A DNA stretch of 64,000 nt from assembly GCF_009914755.1 (NCBI RefSeq), contig NC_060941.1. One strand, given 5' to 3'. The position numbers and the translations under genes were made by a program. How positions within the stretch are numbered: the stretch's first letter is position 1; every line of letters starts with the position of its first letter. The notes below the pieces were generated by a model. That model was not told the DNA's origin. It saw nothing but the letters and a program-made list of their open reading frames with translations, and did not search any database. Shown here piece by piece: positions 1-16,204 of this stretch. This DNA comes from the human T2T-CHM13v2.0 reference genome, Homo sapiens.

Positions 1-1635
1 CCAGGAATACCTTCGAGGCAGTTTCCACTACTCTAATCCCCATTTTACAAAGTGATGAAACTGAGGCACACAGTTCAGTAAGTTGCCCACGGATACACAA
101 TTCATAAGTAGAAAAATCAAAGTGCAAATTCCAGAACGTACACCACTAAGAAGGGGCCACGAGGCAGCTCTCCCCACCTGAGAATCCCCCTGAAATCCAT
201 GGTGAGCCTGCCCAGAGCCCCCACCCCTACCCAACTTACATTGGCTGCTCTTCCTTTTGCCCCAGAACCCCAAATAACTGGCCAAATGGACTCAGGTGTA
301 TCCCTTTGGCCTCCACGCTCAAGTTTTATATGAAAAAATAAAAAAACACAGAAAAAACTCAATGCTAGTTAGGTCAGTTTATTAACTCTCCCTCTTGGTC
401 CCCAAATTGCCTTTCAGGGTGTTGAGCAGCTGCACACATCACCCCTTCCTCATGAGGTCCCCTTGGCCCTTTACCTCCAGCTGAGTAAGTCAAAGGAGGA
501 CATATGATCAAACCAGGTAGTCCACCGGCTGACCTCTGACCTACAGCCTAGAACAAAAAAGAGGACCTGGGCCAATCCAATTATCTCTCAGGAACGCAAA
601 AGGAGGTAGGAAACGAACAGGCAATTGGCCTCAGAAGCCAAAGCACAGAGGATGCTCTGAGGAACACAAAGGCCACGAGAGGTCTTGACAAACCAAACTT
701 CGATGCAAATTGGTCTATAAACTTCTTAAGTCTCTTTGCCTGTACAGTTTGCCCCTCCCTCTCCAATAATGTGTCCTTATCTGCAGAAGGAACTGAGTTT
801 CCCATGGTCTGGACTGAACTGATTACATCTTCATAGTGTCCTTTAGCAAGCACCTCTGCCCCCTATAAAGCAGCTGTCATATCTAGAGCCTTGATCAGCT
901 CTAGGTTTGCTTTCCATAAATGATGGTGTAAATATTTGGAGGTACAGAATACAGGGCTGTCTCTCCTTTTGCGGTGTTAGCAGCTATTAATGATTTATTG
1001 ACTAGAAACACTATTTAATTAACAGTTGCAGATTGGTAATATTCTCAAGCTATCATTTCTTTTTCATTTTTTATTTGGAACACCTCTAAAGGAGACACTT
1101 CTCATCAACTGTTTGATTTCCTTGCAGTTTATGAGAAAGGCAACACAAATGTTGAATATTTTCTCCTTTATTGGCAGGTTTTCAAAAGAATATATTGGAT
1201 ATTCGCAAACTCCAAAAGTAGCTAAAGTTACTGAGGATTTTTGTAGTGAACTGGTTTAATGCAGCTATTGGATTTTCTGCCACTCACAACTAAATTTAAT
1301 CCTAGCTGATACAACACAGGTAAAGGAGGAAAAGAGGCAAAATGCAATGCAATCTTTTCTCCACTGAACTAGGTGTTCCTTGAACACAGTTTATATCCCA
1401 GTCACTCTCACATCTCCAGAGCCTACAGGGATATCCAGCTTATAGTATATGCTCGATAAACATTTTCTGAATTAAAGACAAGAACACAACCATTTAGACC
1501 TATCAAAATGAATGAAAATGGATTATATGAGCCTTTACTAGAACTTGTAGGTATTGGCGAGAAATGCTAATTCTACCAGATGGCTGAAAGCCCAGGCAGG
1601 AGAATGGACACCTCAAATAGTAATATAATGGTATA

Positions 1636-1971
<336 letters not shown>

Positions 1972-1974
1972 TTA

Positions 1975-2320
1975 TAATGTCAAGAATCTGGAAACAATCT
2001 AAATGCTGATCAAAGGGAGACTGATTAAAATATGGAATATCCATATAATGGAAATTCGATGTCTCTAAACTAATGAGGCAAATCTATATGCGTAATGATC
2101 ACAATATATATTTAAGTAAAAACAGCAAGATCTTCAGAATACTACAGGACCCCCCAAAACAAGCAAAGCCAAAGAAAGTAAATGGCAAATTAAATAAGAT
2201 GGGCAAGAGTGGATGACTGTTAGTGTGCTGAGTGATGGGTATGTAGATGTTCATTGTACCAGTCTCTCTATTCTTGTGTATGTTTGAGAAAATTCTGTAA
2301 TAAAAATGAAAATAAAAACA
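1975..2320 (+). mobile_element. Old L1M (L1ME/MD-like) 3' fragments
   Basis: L1 3'-region motifs (ggaaacaatctaaatg...atccatataatggaa; gttcattgtacc...aataaaaa). Confidence 0.55.
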
Positions 2321-2498
2321 AAACCACTTGTCTGAGCCCTGTTTTTTAGTGTGTTTTTCATTTTGTTTTCATTCCTTATTTAAAATATTTCAAAATTCAT
2401 CCCTTGTGAATAATGGAAGGGAGATTAAACCTACATTTAAATGTTTGGATATTCATAGAAGACAGGTCTCTGGAATGCTATGAAATTCCAGCTGTAAC

Positions 2499-3320
2499 TG
2501 TGATACTGTGAAATACATATTTGGTCTTCAACCTGTTTCCTGACATACAACTCCTAAAACCCTTACCATTTCAAAAGTGTTGTCCTTTTGTATGCTAATG
2601 AGCTGGCTGAGGGTTAGCATCCTCTAGGTAGCTTCAGGATGAGACTGGTCACCAGACCAAGGCAGGATTAAACAGTTGGGACTTTCAGCCCCCAGTCTCT
2701 GGGGAGGAGAGAGGTGCTGAAGGTTGAGTTGATCACCATTAGCCAATGGTTTAATCAATTATGCCTAAGTAATGAAGTTTCCATAAAAACCCAAAAGCAC
2801 AGGGTTCAGAGAGCTTCCAGACAAACGAATGCATGGAGGTTCCTGGAGGATGCCCCAGGGAGGGCATGGAAGATCCCCTCCCCTTTCCCCATACCTAGCC
2901 CTATGCGTCTCTGTCCTTTGTAATATCCTTTATAATAAACTGGTAAATTTACATGTTTCCCTGAGTCCTGTGAGATGCTCTAGTAAATTAATCAAACCCA
3001 AAGAAGAGTTCTTGGGAACCCCAGCTTGAAGCCAGTCAGCCAGAAGTTCCAAAGGCCCAGACTTGTGACTGGTGTCTGAAAGGGAGACAGTCTTGTAAGA
3101 TCCAGCCCCTCACTCTGTGGGATCTGACACTGTTTCCAAGTAGACAGTGCTGAAACTGAATTGGAGGGCTCCCAGCTGTGGCCACTGCGGAACTGACTGC
3201 TTGCTTGGTGTGTGGAGAGAAACCCCCACATGTTTGGTCACAGGTATTTTCTATGTTGATCGTTGTTATGGAGTCAGGGAATAGAAAAATCACTTTGGGT
3301 GATGTGCTTTTCCACTCACA
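2499..3320 (+). mobile_element. Solo LTR, MER21 family
   Basis: TG...CA ends; MER21-like start (tgtgatactgtg...tttggtcttc...ctcctaaaaccctt); 5-bp TSD GTAAC at 2494-2498 and 3321-3325. Confidence 0.85.
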
Positions 3321-3442
3321 GTAACTGATGAGGAAGAAATGCGAGGCTTGCTCATTGTAGGAATGTTTTACCACATGCCTATGTGACATATTGATTACAG
3401 AAGAACTAATATTAAAAAGAAAGTATGAGAAAGAGCGACACC

Positions 3443-3736
3443 GGCCAGGCGCGGTGGCTGACGCTTGTAATCCCAACACTTTGGGAGGCTGAGGAAGGCG
3501 GATCACGAGGTCAGAACATTGAGACCATCCTGGCTAACATGGTGAAACCCCGTCTCTACTAAAAATACAAACAATTAGCTGGGCGCCGTGGTGGGTGCCT
3601 GCAGTCCCAGCTAATCGGGAGGCTGAGGCAGGAGAATGGCATGAACCTGGGAGGCGGAGCTTGCAGTGAGCCGAGATGGTCACTGCACTCTAGCCTGGGC
3701 GACAGAGAAACTCTGTCTTGAAAAAAAAGAAAAAGA
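3443..3736 (+). mobile_element. AluY/Sc-like, full length
   Basis: Alu consensus; TSD GAGAAAGAG(C/T)GACACC at 3427-3442 and 3737-3752. Confidence 0.95.
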
Positions 3737-4159
3737 GAGAAAGAGTGACACCAATCACCTTTTGCTCTCTGTCTGGCTAATTCAAAGCCAACCTTTAAGT
3801 TCCAGGTCAAAGGTCACCTTCCATCGTGGGGCACAGAACTCAAGCAACATTAATGTCCCTAACAAACCAGTTTGGTCCATTAAGTTGTGGTAGGGGTGAC
3901 TGCCTGTCTAAAGGAGTTGAATTTCAAAATCTTTAAAACACAACAGTAGCCCCCAAACATATTTTGTAGACCACATCTGGATCTAGGCTCCAGATTACAA
4001 TCCCACATAAAAAGGATTCTTCTCCCTGACTACCCACCCAGTATAGAACTGATGTTCCCTCTGCTGTGCCCCATGGCCCTTTGATCATACTTCTTTTGAC
4101 ACACTTATACCGTATCGGACTATAGTTCTTTGAATAAGAACTTTGGTAATTATTGCCAG

Positions 4160-4405
4160 CCTTTATTGAGGGCTTATCAGTGGGCAGGCAACATGCCAAG
4201 AGTTTTACATCCATGATCTCACTTGGCCCTCACAGCCACCCTTGAAGCTAGGTACAATTTTTAATCCCCATTTTTCAAATGAGGAAACTGAGCCCCAGAG
4301 AGGTTGAATAATTTGCTCAAGGTCATACAACTACCAACAGGATGGGCGCACAGAGCTAGGATTGGAACCCAGGCAGTTTGGCTCCGCAGTCTACCTGCTT
4401 GACCA
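4160..4405 (-). mobile_element. MIR SINE
   Basis: MIR core ccccattttt..gatgaggaaactgag...ttgctcaaggtca. Confidence 0.8.
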
Positions 4406-4624
4406 GCATTTTATTTTGAAAGACAGGACTTGTGTCCCAATCCTATTGGGAGATTCAGTGTCTAGCACCTTAGTTTAAATAAAGCAAAATTAATTCAACA
4501 GTACTTCCTTGGGCAACTACAGAATGCAAAATTTCCTTCTCTACTTCCATTAAGGCAATACAGAGAGTTGTGTTCATTTGTGTCTTACCTGATCCAAGGG
4601 TTCTTTTCAAGAAAAATAGCTACT

Positions 4625-4950
4625 GTGCAGATAAACCTTGAAAACATTAGGCTAAGTGAAAGTAACTGGTCACAAAAGGCCACATATTGTAGGATTCCAT
4701 TTATATGAAATATCCAGAATAGACAAGTCCATTGAGACAGAAAGTAGAGTTCTTAGTGCTGGGAGAGAATAGGATATTTGGAAAGTGACTGCTAAAGGCT
4801 AAGAGGTTTCTTTTTGGGGGGAAAATGTCCTAAAAATTGGTTGTGGCAATGGTTGTACAACTTAAGTAAAGACACTAAGAACCATTAAGTTGTATGATTT
4901 AAATTGTAAAATTATATGGAATGTGAATTATATCTCATAAAGGTGTTTGA
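4625..4950 (+). mobile_element. L1MB-like 3' fragment
   Basis: aaccttgaaaacatta..ctaagtgaaag...attccatttatatgaaatatccagaatag, typical of the L1MB 3'UTR. Confidence 0.75.
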
Positions 4951-5049
4951 AAAGAGAAATATCTAATGAACTTTCTTTTTCCAAATAAATGCTGAAAGCA
5001 AGATGAGAAAGAAAATAGATGAAAAATACAAAAAGAAAATAACACAGTG

Positions 5050-5437
<388 letters not shown>

Positions 5438-6410
5438 CTAAGTGGATATCTAGATAGATGATGGATAGTTTTAGACATCAGTTTCCTGTTGATTTTCTCA
5501 TGTTGTCCCTTCCAAACCAGCAACCTGAGAGGATGAGAGATCGATCAACAAATTATGTAAGTTACTAAGTTGTTAAGAAGATGGCAAACAACCAACAGAA
5601 TTAAACACCAAGCCACATATACACAAGTGCTCCCTCCATTGGCTCCTTCAGCACTTTCTTACCAGTTCTGGTGGCCCAAATCTTTTGAGTTGTCTGTTAC
5701 TTCTCTTAGATGTACATCAAAAACCAGCTCTGAGTTGTGTTTTCATGATGGAGCACAAGACAGATTTTACCCAGTCAACCCTTAACTCTCAACTCAAGAG
5801 AGAAAGAATGTGGCAATATAGTTATCCAGAAGGGCAGGCAATCCCTTAGGAATTTCTTTCATCTTTGGAACACATTACGTAATTTATTTTGCAAGAGAGT
5901 CTCATAGTTAATTCCATTTTTCATTGGCAACTAATAGTATGAGTTCACACTCCCCAAAGTAACTCTGGAGATACACAGCCTGCTGAGACGGGAGGAGTCG
6001 AGCAGGCTGTGAAATGTTTTCCACGCTTTGAGTGCATACGGTGGGTAATGCACATAGAAATGTGTGTGGAGATTCACAATCACATCCACACAGCTTTCTA
6101 GATAGACCCATAAGATTTTCCGTTCCCTCCGCAAAATCCATAAGCCAGCGTTCCTTCCAACCACATGTCACCCAGTCCCAAAATGTGCAAATTTTTAAAG
6201 GTTCCCCTGGGTCTTATATCTTGGACTCTCTTGTCCAGTGTTTCTCAATCCTTGCTCTCTTTTTCATTATGATAGCCCAGTGTTCCCAAATGTCATTCCA
6301 TGAAAGGTACTTCTAAATTACTTGGGAGCTATTTACAAACACCTATTTCCATAATCCACACCCTGGAATGTAGGTTTAATAGGTCTGGAGTGAAGTCTAA
6401 GAGGCTGTAT

Positions 6411-7433
6411 TTTGTTTGTTTGGTTGGTTAGTTTTTGTTTTTTAGTGTTTTCTTAAATGTTTTAAGTGTATTGATTTATTTATTAATTTTAGTTGATAAA
6501 TAATAATTGTGTACACTTATGGGGCACAATGTGATGTTTTTATCTATGTATAAATTATAGAAAGATTCAGTCAAGCTAATTAACATATCCTCAGCTCACC
6601 AACTTACATTTTTGTGGTAAAAAAACATTAAAAAATGGGCAAAGGATTTGAACTGACATTTCTCAAAAAAAGAGATACAAACAGCCAACAGGCGTATGAA
6701 ATAATATTTAACATCTCTAATCATCAGAGAAATGCAAATTAAAACCACAGTGAGATTATCACCTCACACTTGCTGTGTTGGTGAGGATATGGAGAAAAGG
6801 GAACCCTTTTACACTGTTGGTGGGAATGTAAGTTAGCACAGCTATTATGAAAAATGGTACAAAAGTTCCTGAAAAAATGAAAAAATAGAACCACCATATC
6901 ATCCAGCAATTCCACTTCTGGGTATTTATCCAAAGGAACTAAAATTCATATATCGAAGAAATAACCACATTCTGATGTTCATTACAGCACTATTCACAGC
7001 AGCTGAGATATGGAATCTACCTGTGTCCATCAACAGATGAATGGATAAAGAAAACGTGGTACATATACACAACGGAATACTAGCTAGCCTTTAACAAGAA
7101 GGAAATTACGTCATTTTCAACAACATGAATGAACCTGGAAGGCATTATGCTAAGTGAAATAAGCCAGACTCAGAAAGACAAATGCTGTGTGGTCTCATTT
7201 ATAAGTGGAATCTAAAAACGTTGATCTCACTGAAACAGAGTAGAAAGCTGATATCAGAGGCTGTGGTGGGGGCAGCAGGGGTGGATAGAGGAAAGAGGCC
7301 GGGAAAGGAGAGATATTGATGAAGACGCAATTTCAGTTAGACTGAATTCATTAGTTTTAGTGATCTGTTGCCCTGCATGGTGACCACAGTTAATAATAAC
7401 GTATTGTACATTTCAAATGTGCTAAAAGAATAG
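6411..7433 (-). mobile_element. 5'-inverted, truncated L1MA inserted in a MER5-like element
   Basis: 6411-6620 is the reverse-complement L1MA 3' terminus plus degenerate poly(T). 6625-7433 is the immediately upstream L1MA sequence in the opposite orientation. TSD GA(G/A)GCTGTAT. Confidence 0.8.
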
Positions 7434-7549
7434 GAAGCTGTATCTTTAACAAAAGTCTGGGAACCATTGGCCTAGATTACCATAACAGCACCCAACTGGC
7501 CTTCCTCCTTCTGCTGTAATAGTCTAAATCTATTTTTTTTGACTGCTGA

Positions 7550-7881
<332 letters not shown>

Positions 7882-8040
7882 TGCTAACAACTTTTAAGCC
7901 TTCCCTTTCCCTCACCCCCTTGTGCCTTGCATCTGGGCAAGCTCATGTGAAAGTCTGGATGCTCTTTGTTGGTGCAAGCAGGAAATCCAAACCACACAAG
8001 CCCCTGCCCACATTGTAACCACTATTAAAAATTCCAAGCC

Positions 8041-8826
<786 letters not shown>

Positions 8827-10922
8827 ATGTAAGTAATAAACATGTGCATGCTCTCTTGGTATGTGTGATGGCGTCAATCTTGACATCCAAACTAAATTTA
8901 GGGTGGGGATCCACCTTGCTTCTGCAAGGTAACCACAGCATCTGGTCTCTTGCCATTAAAAGAATTCTCCACATCACTGCTGGAGTTATCTTTCAGAAAA
9001 CTCGCTTTGCTCGGGTTCCAGATTTGTGCCATGATGTCCCTCGGTTCCCCTCCCTACAATCCCAGTAGTGCCAGAGCACTCTGCCCCACTTAACCTTGTC
9101 AGCCTCATCTTCCTCCACCTTTCCTCTCACACGCCTCAAGGGGCAATCACACCACAGTGGTGATGCTACAAAGCACTGATAAGTTTATTTCCAATGTATT
9201 CCCACTGCCTTCTTCTTTCTCACTGAAAAGCTCAAAGAAACCACAAAGAAACCAAAGCACTTCTATAGTTAAACAAAATCTGAAAGCAGACCAGCAGACC
9301 TCGTTTTCCTGCCCTCTAAGACCAGACAATAGCGGGGCTGGGGAAGTGGAAAGGATCTGGTGGAAGGAAAGTGAGGAGACACAGGAAGAAGGGAAGAGGA
9401 GAAAGAGCAGAGCCTCAATCAAGAGGCACTTCCCTTCCTCCCAGCCCAGCTTCACCTCTGTCAGGCCTTTTCTGATCTTCCCTCTTTGGGGCTCTCCTGA
9501 CATACCACTCACACTTATTTCATTGTGATATTGTTGGTTGTTCATGTTTGTTTACTCCACTGGGTCAATGGCTTCTTAAAAGTGGGGAGTGCGCTTTAGT
9601 TGCCCCACATCCAAGGCACACAGGGCTGGCAGGCCTCCTGCCATACACTATTAAATTATTAATTTTTAGAAATCCTGCAATTAACTTAAGATCATATGAT
9701 AATATGACACTGCATTTTTAGTAGACTGACAAGCATTATTTTTCAATGTAAGCATTGTGAATATCTCAGTGAGCTTGGAACTTTGTTTTCTTGTTTCTGC
9801 TTTTCACAGTTCCAGGAACTCTGAAGTGGCCTGTGGCTCCCTTGATCTCCAACAACCCCTGTGCATACATCAAAGTCCTAGACAGAAAATGTTCAGGAAA
9901 TAACCACTGATCAGTTGCTACCTCAATGCAAAATTCCTTGAAGATGGACCAATGCCAGAAGCCAGTGGTTTTCCTACAGGAAGAGAAACTTGATACTTCT
10001 CCCTGTCTTTTCCAGCCCAGATGAAAGGGCACCATATGCCCATACTTATCCCATAAGGCAGGTCCCAGCCTCCTGAGCCACTCTGCAGTGATTTTTTCCT
10101 AGCATGTTTCTCCCATGGCTACTAACCACCTGTGAGACCCAGGCAGTAAGTATTCCAGTTCCAAGCAGTTTATGGCACAGTAGGAAGTAGGTTCTGCCTT
10201 TTACAATGTGTGACCCTTAGGAAGCTCCCTTTCCCTCCCTAAGAGCTCAATGTCTTCATTATAGAAAGGAAATTATAATAACGTCTGCCCTAGTCACCTT
10301 GCAAGAATGCCTTTAGTATTAAACTAGAGAAATAACAGTTGTGGAGAGGTTCATAAACTGTCCAAGGGCCATGCAAAAGCTTTACTCTTAGCTTCTCCTT
10401 TGTAAGTGGATGAGCCTGGCTTGCCAAGGAGAATAGTCCCGTTTGCATGCCAAAAACACTTGACACAGCATATACTCCCTACGAAATGAAGCTAGAATTA
10501 ATAATGCACAGAGGTGGAGGCACGCCCAAGTGCATTGTCTAGTAGGACAGGCTTTTGCAACCTTTTTTATAACGCAATCCATCTTTTGAAAAAAAGAAAA
10601 TCTCGTTCCTTCCTTTTATCTTATTTGAAATTCCAAATAAGTAAAATAATCATAATCATTAAATATCATGATTCCAAGATGACCCCCTACTACTCTCCCT
10701 CGCCAGCTGAAAACCACTTTTGGGGTTATTAGCTATCTTGTTTCCAGATGAGGCATTTATAACACAAGCTAACACTTATTACAAATGTATATGTGTCAGG
10801 CCCATTTCTAAACTTTTACAAATCCTAACTCAGGAACTAGCAGCACCTCTATGAGATCCATATTCTTACTTCTCCCATTTTATAGATGAAAGACCTGATG
10901 CCCCCTCAAAAGAGGAAAAGTT

Positions 10923-11327
<405 letters not shown>

Positions 11328-13305
11328 TTAACAAACTCACTAACATACCACTCATCGTTTCAATTTGATTTTCATCCAGCAATGGATAAGCCATTTTGGA
11401 GCATCTCCAGATTGAGCTTCTACCATGTGAAGCCCACCTGGGAACCGGATGCAGCAGCGCTCAGCAGAACAGCTGCCCTGGGAGGCACTGATTCTAGAAG
11501 GCCCCTGCCTGAACCCACTCAAACACCACGCGCTCTCGTGGAGCCCCTCCTGTGTCACCCCTAACAACCCCACAAAATAGGTATTTTTTTAAATCCATGT
11601 TTCCACATGAGGAAGCTGAGCCCGGTGAGACTGCCCCCCAGGTCTTCCCTAGAACCACAGTCTTTTCCCACCTTACTGCACCCCCATCCCAGACAGAGCC
11701 TTTGAGACGCCTGGGGCTGTCCACTCTCACCACGAATAAACTTGCTCAATGCCGGATGAGAAGCCGCTCTCAACTCGCATTTCCTGGAACAGGCACACAT
11801 CATTTCTATTTTCCTAATAGCCCACTCCCTTCTGAGGAATCAACCTCCACCCAGCCTGAAAGCTAAAGAGATTTTTCTAGAAAACTTCAAAAACATCCCA
11901 TGTTTGAAGCATGTATTACATTTCCAAATATGTCTGTACTACATTTAATGACTGAATTTTTTTCTTCAGCCATGGAGCTAGAAGCTGCTGAACATAAAGG
12001 AACAGAGATATTCATGGTCTATGCTGGTTCCAGGCATAGAAAGCCCTAGAAATAGGTTAAACCATCAAGAGTATAGGAACCACAGCAACCAAAGAAGAAA
12101 ACTAAAAATCAGCCTTGTCACTGGGTTTTGTGTCCTTTTGGAAGAGTGTCTAGGTGAAATGAAATCCAAAGAAAGCCTGGTAAGAAAGAGGCACACCAGG
12201 GCAGACCCCCAACCCCTGTTTATGATGAGTGGAAATGACAATGGTGACAGGAAATACTGCCTCGGCATGAGAAGGATGACATTTACACCCACAGCCGGGT
12301 AGAGGGCACGCAGGACTGGACCCCACAACTTCCCCTAATTTGGAGGTACACAGGCTGGAGGCTTCCTGATGGAGAAAATCAGAATTACCCCATGCCAGTC
12401 TGAGAGCCCAGCCCCATCACCCCATAAGCAACATCAAAGCAAGGCTGTCTCCACGCTTCTCCACCCTTTAGTGACTTCTCACTAAAAATGATGGGGTCAG
12501 GCGTCTTTACAGTATTGGACTGGCTTCCCCGACCGAAATAGGAACTCTGCTAACCCTATTGGAATATAAGCTCTGTAATATCCATGTCTGTGTATTCCTT
12601 GCACACTGTTGTGTCCTCAAACCTAGAAAAGTGCCTGACACAAAAGAGGTACTTGCCATTCTTTTGTTTACTCGCTAAGAAACCAAACAAACAGAGAAGT
12701 GAAGACATAAATTTATTCACCCGGCACCTGGGGCATCTGTCACAGAGAAGATGCCAATGGGGACATGAGCTCCTCATGCTGGGGCAGCCGCCAGCTCCAG
12801 CCTCTGCCCCTCCCTGCGTAACTCTGAAGCTGCTGGGCTGGGAAACCAGCATCTTCTGGAGAGGTTTTAACGGCATCCAGGTAAACAAGGAGAATCACTT
12901 CTGGGGAGACCAGCCAGAGTCAGGTTAGATATGGTTTTTATTTCAGGATAAACACGTGAGGAAGAAAGCATAAAAACTGTGAGACATTCTAAATTAGAAA
13001 TGCAGAGATGATCGAAAGATGATGGGTAAATAGAATTACATAGATGGAATTCACATATATACACATATATGTATTCATATGTATATGTGTACGTATATGA
13101 AGATATATATGGTACAGAATGCAAGAAATATACAATGTTGCCTTCTTCCACTCAGATCATTTGTTTTGTTTCTGGCCAGTGAAAAAATTATATGAAAAAA
13201 ATGGAAATTCCTTCTCTTTATTTGAATGGCTTCCCATAAAATATGAGATTTTCTACATGGAACTGAAACGTTAAGCATGTAAGGCTCTCAGCTGCAAGAG
13301 AGAAT

Positions 13306-13749
13306 TCTATAAGTTGAATTGCGTCCCCAGAAAAGATGTTGAAGCCCTAACCCCAGGACTTGTGTATATGTGACCTTATTTGCAAACAGGGTCTTTACAG
13401 AGCTAGTTCAGTTAAAATGAAGTCATCAGGGTGGGTCCTAATCTGGTATGGAGTCAGAAGAGGGGGAAATTTGGACAAAGAGATGTGCACACAGGGAAAA
13501 TACCAGGTGAAGATGAAGACAAAGATTGGGGTGAAGCATCTACAAGCTAAGGAATGTCAAAACTCACCAGCAAACCACCAGCAGCAAGGAGAGGGCCATG
13601 GAACAGGTTCTCCCTCGCAGCCTTCAGAAGTAACCAACTCTGCCAACACTTTGATCTCAAATTTCCAGAACTATGAAGCAATAAAGTGCTGTTGTTGAAG
13701 ACATCCAGCTTGCCGTACTTTGTGATAGCAGCCCAAGGAGCATAATACA
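13306..13749 (+). mobile_element. MLT1C-like MaLR LTR
   Basis: ttgaattg.gtcccc...gtgaccttattt...ccagcaaaccaccag...atagcagcc...taataca. Confidence 0.85.
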
Positions 13750-14184
13750 GATAAGCACTGGCTTAAGCACAGAAAGCAGCAGCATCAGGACTCAGTTCAT
13801 CCAGGTTTCTGTAAGTTCTGCTTTCCTCAGTCTGGGCTCCACTCCCCAGCAAGTGGTCACTATGTGGTGGAAGTGGTCACTACGTGGTAGCCCCCAGAAG
13901 CCCCTGACTTACAACTTCCCAGTTTCAAGTCCTCTCTTGGAGGAGGGCTTCTCTTCCCAGGAGTTCCAACAAAAGACCTGGAATCAAGTTTTAGTGACTT
14001 GAATCTTGGGGAAGGGGCCAGCCTCCACCACACCACAGGGTCTGAAAGAGGGATGAAGATTTTTCCTTGTGGAAAATCATTACCAATTATATATCATTAC
14101 CAAAGAAACAGCGGGTGGAGGCTGAATGCCAAACATGCAAACACACGAAGGTATCTGGAATACATTTTAACACAAGGGATCTGT

Positions 14185-15109
14185 GCATCCATCCAATCAA
14201 CAGGTATTTATTGATTCATTCATATTTCATGAGTGACTATTATGTGCCAGGCACCATACTAGTAGCTAGAAATAAAACATATAATGATCCCGGCTCTTAT
14301 GGAGTTTATATCCAAGCAAGGGGAAATAGTTGATAAAATACAAACCTAAAATGTAAATTATATAGGATATTAAAGGTACTGTCAAGCTCTAAGAGAAAAG
14401 AAAATGTAAAGCAAGTTCAGGAAAGTGTCCAGTTTGTGATGTTTGGCAGGCAAAACACAGCATGCTTCATTAAAAAGTAACAGTGAAATAAATATCTTTT
14501 AAAAAATGAGCTGGAATAACTATATGGGTATCAGAGAGAAGAGTGTTCCAGGCAGAGAGAACAGCTTGTGCAAAGGCCTTGAGACGGAGAAGTGCCTGGA
14601 AGTTCAAGGAACAGCAACAAGGCCAAGCAGCTGAAACAGAGAAAGCAAGCGGGGAAAAGAGTGAGAGATGAGGTCCAAGGTCACAGGAAGCCAACTCACA
14701 TAGAGCTTTATAGGCCAATGTGTGGACTTGCACTCATGTTGAACGATGTGGGGAATTGTTGCAGAGTTTTGAGCAGAGGAGCGGCATGACCTGATTTGCA
14801 TTTGTAAAGGACCTCTTTGGTCCCTTGAGAAGGATGAAGGAAGAAGATCAGTTAAGAATATTTGCACTGATTCAAGCAAGGGATGATAAGGGCTGTGTTC
14901 TAGATATGTTGAAGATGAGATTGACAAATTTCTTGATGAATTGGATATGAGATGTAAGAGAGAGAGGAATCAAAGATGACTGCAATGTTTTCAGCCTGAG
15001 CAACTGAAAGGGTTGACTTGCAATCATTGAAACAAGAAAGGATGCAGGGAGAGCAGATTTGGGGTGGGATTGGATTAGGAGTTCTGTTTGGAATGCATCA
15101 AATGTGAGG
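14185..15109 (-). mobile_element. L2 LINE fragment
   Basis: Reverse L2 3' end (tatttattga...tatgtgccaggcac) and body (ttccaggcagagagaacagc..gtgcaaaggcc); continues at about 15950-16020. Confidence 0.8.
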
Positions 15110-15680
15110 TGAAGAAGTTCAGGAAATGCCACCTGAAAGCTGATGCTTTGGTGTGCCGATTACTTTTAACTGAGGGCATTTGGGGAGCAGCAGATGCAGG
15201 CAGAGGCTTTCTCTGAGCTCCCCTTATCTGCCTAAGGACAGATCCTCCAAAAGGAATTCAATTGTCATGAATTCCTTCCCCAGGAATCTCATCAACCAGG
15301 GAAGAACACAGGAAAGGAGATAAGATTGACACCAGCACTGACAGACCATCACTTACTCCTCTCAGGCAACGTTTATTACCTGAGAGACGTTTAACAAGAC
15401 AACATTTATTTGCCACTCATTTCCTCCCCTCACCCTCCCATAACTTGTTCCGCTACCACCCCCCAGAAGTTCCAAGTCCCTATTCCTTTCTGTAGCTGAG
15501 GATGCTATACAAGCTTCAATCACTTAACCTCTCAAGTCTCATATTTTGTGGGACTCCCATGTCCCACATAATTAATGTATTAATTAATTAATACATAATT
15601 AAACGTAGTTTTTCTCCTGCTATTCTGTCTTATGTCAATTTAATTCATAGCCCAGCCAAGGAGCCTAGAAAAGTAGTGTC
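15110..15680 (+). mobile_element. MER34-family LTR (ERV1)
   Basis: tgaagaagttcag..atgccacc...gcagatgcagg...ttttctcctg.ta.tctgtctt..gtca.tttaatt. Confidence 0.75.
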
Positions 15681-15759
15681 TACCAGAGAATTGGTGAGTA
15701 GAGAGGTCAAGCAAGAATAAGCAAACACCTAGAGGGCATTTGGGCTGCAGAGATGAAGT

Positions 15760-15883
15760 TTTTAGTAGAGACAGGGTTTCACCATGTTGGCCAGGCTAGT
15801 TTCCAACTCCTGACCTCAAGTGCTCCGCCCACCTAGGCCTCCCAAAGTGCTAGGATTATAGGCGTGAGCCACCACACTCACCC
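15760..15883 (-). mobile_element. Alu left-arm fragment
   Basis: ttttagtagagacaggg...gtgagccaccac. Confidence 0.85.
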
Positions 15884-16204
15884 TAAAATAATTTCTTAAT
15901 AACTCCTACCACACTAGCATTCAGTCCATTGCAAGAAGATATTTGAAACTTAGAGACTGGGTGAGGTCACCTAGGAAGTATATATAGATAAAGAGAAACC
16001 AATCTGAGTCCTGGGGTGCTCCAACATTTACCACCTCCACGGCTATCACCCAGGCCCAAAACATCCTCAACTACATTTCAGCAGCCTCCTAACCAGCCTC
16101 CCTGGTTCCACACTTGCCCATCTCCATTTATCTCCACACAGCAGGCATAGTGGTCCCATCAAAATCAGATCCCACCACTCCTCTGCTCAAACCCTGCAAG
16201 GGGC

